Shown piece by piece: positions 59,452 to 64,000 of a stretch of 64,000 nt of DNA. Each line of letters starts with the position of its first letter. Position 1 is the first letter of the stretch. The notes under the pieces were generated by a model. The model was not told where the DNA came from. It did not search any database and saw only the letters and a list, made by a program, of their open reading frames with translations. Source of the stretch: an uncultured Gemmatimonadales bacterium. GTDB lineage: Bacteria; Gemmatimonadota; Gemmatimonadetes; Gemmatimonadales; GWC2-71-9. The stretch covers positions 194,509 to 258,508 of the forward strand of contig CAWJIM010000016.1 of the NCBI GenBank assembly GCA_963842945.1, in the 5' to 3' direction. The position numbers were made by a program, and so were the translations under genes.

Positions 59452-61445
59452 CTAGCCCTGCGCGTTTTCCGATGTCAAGTAATCACTGGGCCGCGGCGGT
59501 GCGCGGTTTCTTTCGTGCTTGCCGGTGGCGTCGACGTAGCCAAGGCGGTCCATGACCGAATAAAGATTCAACATCCGCTCAAAAGCTGGCGATATTGGAG
59601 CATCATCCTCTCGCCGAATTCGGCGTACAGCAGGTCCATGTTGTCCGTGGGCAGGAAGAAATCGACGGTCAGCCTGGCTACGACGACTTTGATGTCCGGC
59701 GGCAGCTCGATCAGCGCGACGGGCTTTTCGCCGCTGGGTTTGTTCAGTTGCTCGTAGTAAAGCAAAGGCCTTGTCGACAAAGATGGCCTGTGGTGCGTCG
59801 AGAGCGTGGAAGTTTTCGATCGGGAAGTTGGGGAATTTCGGGAACGCGCCGGTCAGGATGAGCTTGAGGTTTTGACTCTTCGCGGCGGACTCCAGGCCCG
59901 ACGTTCGGGCGGATTCGTGCAGCTTCTGCGCCTGGGCCTTGGCCAGCTCGAAGGCCGCCAGACGCCTGAAGTCGAACGCGACTTGTTCCTTCACTTCCTC
60001 AAGCGTCGCCGGCTTGTGGCGCTCGGCTCGGCGGCGGTGATGCGGAAGACGTACGTGTTCTGCGCCTTATCCTGCATCGGCCTGGAGGCTTTGAACAAAG
60101 CCAGCACGCCGGGTTCCTTGCGTTTGTCGGCGGGAACAAACGGTTCGGCCGCGATGGTGGCCAGGTCGGGAATGGCGGGCACCTGTCCGATGCCGGGGAG
60201 CAGCGCAGTTGGCGCTGGTCTTGAACGAATCGGCGATCGAAGCCACGGTCAGCGTGACCTTGTGCCGTGCTTCGATGTTGTGCGCGATGGCCTGAAGGTA
60301 CGAACTCTGGAATCCCGCCTCGGCCGTCGCCGTCGTGGCGCTGGGCGCGCTGATGCATGATGCTTCTCAAATCGAAGTTCAGCTTGTTGGTGATCTCGGT
60401 AGCGATCTGCCGGTGCAGCCTTTCGGCCAGCGGGTCGATCAAACCGTTCACGATCTGCTCGCGGACGTCGATGAAGGGCTTGGTGGTCGGAGTCTTGGGT
60501 TCGGGCCGGCCCGAGCAGATTGGAGGACTGCGTTGTCGCCGGTGGGGCGGCGACGAATTCTTCCTGGTGACGCTGATAATACTTCGCGGCCTCGACGTCC
60601 CAGTCGTAGTCCGTTTTGGTGCGCGGACGGCCTGACGGACCTGCGCCCGCGGCACGCCGGTGTACTGCAGCTTCACGCGGTTGGGAAACTTGTAGCCAAA
60701 GCCAAACGGGTTCTTGTCCCGATCCGACGGCGCCGGCCTCAAAATCTCCAAACGATCAAACTGCGCCTGGAGCTGCTCGGTCGTCGCCGGCGGGGCCTTG
60801 TCCTCAAAATCCTTGGCGGCAAACTCGACCAGGTACGTCTTGATCTGCTGAAACTGCCAGGCCAGCTCGAGCTTCGCCAGCGGCTGCGAGATCTTGGGTG
60901 CCTCGCGGCGGCTGGAATGCCGAGTTGACCATCAGCAGATAAGCCATCGTCTGCTCGATCTGCGACTTGCGGGTCTCATCGGTGAAATTCTGCCAGTCGA
61001 CATGCGCGCCGTTGGGCTGGCGGATGGCGATGTTGGGATTGCTCAGAAACTGGCGGGCCTCTGCCAGGCTGGACTCAGACCCATCTTCCGAGCTTCCAGT
61101 TGCAGGAGGTAATACAGCTCGGCGATCGGCGACTTGCGAAGAGCCGGTTGAACGCCGATTCAAACGGCTCGTTGCGCCCCGGAGTTGCCAGGATGCCCAC
61201 GCTGGGCGCCCAATCCATGTGCCGCACCTGGTTGCGGTAGGGAACTCGACATTCTTGTCCAGGAAGTACCAACCCTGCTCAGCGGCATCCACCTCGTGGC
61301 GATAGACCTTCTCTGTGCCATCTTCGGCGACCGGATTGGAGCGTTCGTCGAACCGGTTGAAAGTCGTGGGCAACGATAAAGGCGATCATCAGGAACACCA
61401 TGAAGATCGCCAGCAGGGTCTTGTTGTACTTCTTGAAGAATTCAC
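59452..61445 (-). CDS. Membrane-anchored SurA/PpiD-like chaperone-type protein (heavily frameshifted)
   Basis: N-terminus FFKKYNKTLLAIFMVFLMIAFIV, GYKFPNRVKLQY, KPFIDVREQI, EVKEQVAFDFR; family call is inference. Confidence 0.55.
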
Positions 61446-61479
61446 ACTAGTAGTGGTCTGCGTGGTCAGTTGTCTGGGG

Positions 61480-62612
61480 TCAGTTGGCGGCGGCTTGTTT
61501 CTTGAGTCGTTCCAGGCCGTCGTGTGCTTTCGGCGCCGAAGGGTCGTCAGGATATTGGGCCACGACCTGCTCGAACAAACGGGCGGCGGACTGCGGCTCG
61601 TTGAGCGATTCGAGGATCGCGGCGGTTTTCAAAAGCGAATCGACGACGCGTGGCCGGCCGGGCTCGTCCTTGGCGACGGCGACGACGCGCATGTACGCCA
61701 GTGCGGCGTCTTTCAGGGCGTCCTTTTCGTTTCCCGCCAGCGCGGGGCGGCATTCGGCGAGGATGAACAGCGCTTCGGCCTGTTGCGACGCGTCGATGAA
61801 CATGGCGCGGTTGTTTTCGATCTCGTCGATGGCCTGTCGGAAGTTTTTGGATTGCGCGGCTGGCGACGGAGATCTTGCGGCGGGCCAGGACGCGACGGGC
61901 GTTGGGATCATTCGTATCAGCGCCGGGCAGTTTCACGAGCTGTTCGTAGACCAAATCCTTGGCGGCGGGGTCCTTTCGGGCCTGATGAATCTCGATCAGA
62001 AATCCCAGCAGGCGCGGCGCCGTTCGGCCGCGATCTTTGGGTCACTTAAGGCATTGTTCACCTCTTTGACGGCGGTATCGAGATAGCTCGACTTGGACTG
62101 GATGGTCGTCGTAGCGACGCGGCGGCGGCGGGGTCTTTCAGGAGCGTCAGGACATACGCCGCGACGGCCGCGTCGAACCGGCCGGATTTGCTGGCGGCGT
62201 CGATCAGCCGGATGGCCGCCCAATCCCTCACCCACGGCTTGCTGGCGGTGCGAATCGTCTTCTGATAGCCATCGACGGCCTGGTCCCACTTGCCGCTGGC
62301 GTATGCCTCCTTGTGCTGCTCAGGGGGTGCTTCCGAGGGAACCAGCGGTGTGATCTTACCCGCCTGCATCTCGCTCTGGCGGGCGTTGATCTCGAAGACG
62401 AGCACGTCGCCCTTCACTTCCTTGATGACGGCGTTGGTGCGCTCGATGGCGCCGATGAAAATCGAGTCCGCACGCCAGCGTGCGGAAATCCCAAGACAAA
62501 TGACAAATCCCAAAAAAGCTCCAAGGGCAAAGTTCCAAGCGAGGCGGATCGCTTGGCCGTTGACACTTGGGGAATTTTGGAGCTTGTCATTTGACCCTTG
62601 GGATTTCCGCAC
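61480..62612 (-). CDS. Exported TPR-repeat protein (frameshifted)
   Basis: AYASGKWDQAVDGYQ, QQAEALFILAE, SLLKTAAILESLNEPQSAARLFEQVVAQYPDDPSAPKA. Confidence 0.7.
62481..62611. repeat. Long inverted repeat immediately 3' of tRNA-Leu
   Basis: tgcggaaatcccaagacaaatgacaa (62481-62506) versus ttgtcatttgacccttgggatttccgca (62584-62611). Confidence 0.8.
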
Positions 62613-62613
62613 C

Positions 62614-62695
62614 CGCAGGAGAGGGGACTCGAACCCCTACACCTTTCGGTACTGGCTCCTAAGTCCAGCGCGTCTGCCAATTCCGCCACTCCTGC
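62614..62695 (-). tRNA. tRNA-Leu(TAG)
   Basis: GCAGGAGTGGCGGAATTGGCAGACGCGCTGGACTTAGGAGCCAGTACCGAAAGGTGTAGGGGTTCGAGTCCCCTCTCCTGC: full cloverleaf with long variable arm; CCA not encoded. Confidence 0.95.
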
Positions 62696-62799
62696 GCTGA
62701 TTCAGATTCTAGCGGCTAGACGTGTGTGCGGCCACAAGGCGATCCACTCCATGGCATCCTTGCGGCAAATGCACGCTCAACTCACCTTTCGTTTCTTGC

Positions 62800-63251
62800 T
62801 ACACGGAGAGTGGACCAATAAACCTAGGGTCGGGTGGATCATCTAGTGGGGTGATGAACTCGAGCGAATGACCGTCCGGGTCGCGAAAATAGGAGTTCGC
62901 AGATGGCATCACCGATGACAGAGGGTTCGGTGGTTTCCTCGCCGGCGAAGTTGCGGGTTGAAACGCCCAGATGATTGAGACGCTTACCGATCATGAGGGA
63001 GGTCTGTTGAGCGGCATCGCTATGGCAAGGTGGCATTCATGAGGATCACTGCCGCATGTGGTCGTTGGACCCCAGAGTCCCAACATGGACCTTTGCCTGT
63101 GCCGATGAAGAGAAAGACGACGTCCCGGCCCGGGTCCCGATAGCCAAGCTCCAGGACCCACGATGTCCACGTAAAACTTCCTTGACGTTTCGGTGTTCGC
63201 AACCGGAAGATGTGTTTCGTAAAGGCGACGAGTTGTTTCGTTCTCCGTCAC
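62800..63251 (-). CDS. VOC (glyoxalase-like) protein (frameshifted)
   Basis: LYETHLPVANTETSRKFY, MLGLWG, HLAIA, YFRDPDGHSLEFI. Confidence 0.8.
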
Positions 63252-63661
63252 GGAGTCAGAATTCCCCAGCCGCCACCCCATGAGGTCGGCGGGGCCAAGC
63301 CGAACAACATTGCCTGCCGGATCACGAAAATAGATCGAACGTCCGGCCGCATAAAATCAACTTCGCGTTCGATGGGGACTCCAGCCTGGCGCAATTGTTC
63401 CCTCCACGCCGGGAGATCGTCCGGCTTTGCCGCGAACGCAACATGTCCGGCGCCTGTAGTCCCGTGGGAAGGAACGTCTCTACCCGGTACGCCGCTCTTG
63501 CGTGGATCAAAGACGAGCAGGACTCCACCGCCACACCGGAAAGCCACAACCAAAGCACTGCGCCTCCAATACCTCCAACCCAAGCGCTTCGTGATAAAAC
63601 CGTTCCGGGCAGCCAAGTCCTCCGCGTACAAGACCGTCTCAAAGATTCGGGTTGGTTGCAT
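63248..63661 (-). CDS. VOC (glyoxalase-like) protein (frameshifted)
   Basis: IFETVLYAEDL, LLVFDP, PSHGTTGAGHVAF, WREQLRQAGVPIE. Confidence 0.85.
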   Translation of the reverse strand: MQPTRIFETVLYAEDLAARNGFITKRLGWRYWRRSALVVAFRCGGGVLLVFDPRKSGVPGRDVPSHGTTGAGHVAFAAKPDDLPAWREQLRQAGVPIEREVDFMRPDVRSIFVIRQAMLFGLAPPTSWGGGWGILTP

Positions 63662-63796
63662 CGCAGGAATCCCAACACGCCGCGGCACCTTCGGTGCTGA
63701 TGAATTACAGGCCATCCTGGGCGGGACGCCAATTTGCGCCGGTGACCACGGCCCAGCTGTGGCCGAACGTCAATTCGGCGGCATGTATCCTCCAGT

Positions 63797-63948
63797 CTAC
63801 TCCACGTTCCTACGAACATGCGAATAGCACCGACCCGTAACGGCAGGGGAACGGCGGATGCTACTCTAATGTTCGTACGAACACGAGAATAGCCCTGATC
63901 TGTAACGGCAGGAGGACGGCGGATGCTACTCTAATGTTCGTACGAACA
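63797..63948. repeat. ~65-bp tandem repeat, about 2.3 copies, each with a TGTTC-N4-GAACA palindrome
   Basis: Units start at 63797, 63861 and 63926 (ctactc-[t/c]-a..gttc-[g/c]-tacgaaca..gaatagc..gtaacggcagg..acggcggatg). Confidence 0.9.
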
Positions 63949-64000
63949 ATTCAAGTACGGGAGCAAGACGCAACCGAACCAAGCAACAACTACATAACAA

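Noticed and set aside
63797..63948. CRISPR array
   Set aside because: The ~65-bp period is CRISPR-like, but the would-be spacers resemble each other (tgcgaatagcaccgaccc vs cgagaatagccctgatct), are only ~18 nt, there are under three units and no cas genes are visible

Overview
This window looks like an error-prone long-read assembly (many single-base indels split otherwise intact genes) joining at least two or three DNA sources. (1) 1-~31700 is a syntenic, minus-strand housekeeping region of a high-GC bacterium, most consistent with Gemmatimonadota (inference from gene order and rpsA/rpsB features): tyrA-aroA-cmk-rpsA, a DUF4239/DUF3300/DUF2950 insert, acyl-CoA carboxylase genes with an RNA methyltransferase, rplM-rpsI, t44/rpsB leader-rpsB-tsf-pyrH-frr-uppS-cdsA-dxr-rseP, rpsO-pnp-M16 peptidase-ald-dut-mreBCD-mrdA. 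(2) ~31760-58505 is an accessory-type region: response regulators, a type IV pilin-like gene, ppk2, glgX, a TetR-regulated ABC exporter, three DinB-like genes, GNATs, carbonic anhydrase, cspA, an AphA-like phosphatase, an exported RidA and a galactose-oxidase-like protein. (3) ~58506-64000 differs in composition (Planctomycetota-like by inference): an IS4-family fragment, a 5'-only tRNA-Lys(CTT) fragment, a SurA/PpiD-like gene, a TPR gene, tRNA-Leu(TAG), two VOC genes and a ~65-bp tandem repeat carrying TGTTC-N4-GAACA palindromes. I found no CRISPR array, prophage, defence system or biosynthetic cluster, and I cannot claim a clearly novel multi-gene system. The best leads are non-coding: the truncated tRNA-Lys, the 65-bp palindrome repeats, the terminator-containing cspA leader and hairpins built from short repeats. 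Coordinates of frameshifted genes are approximate.
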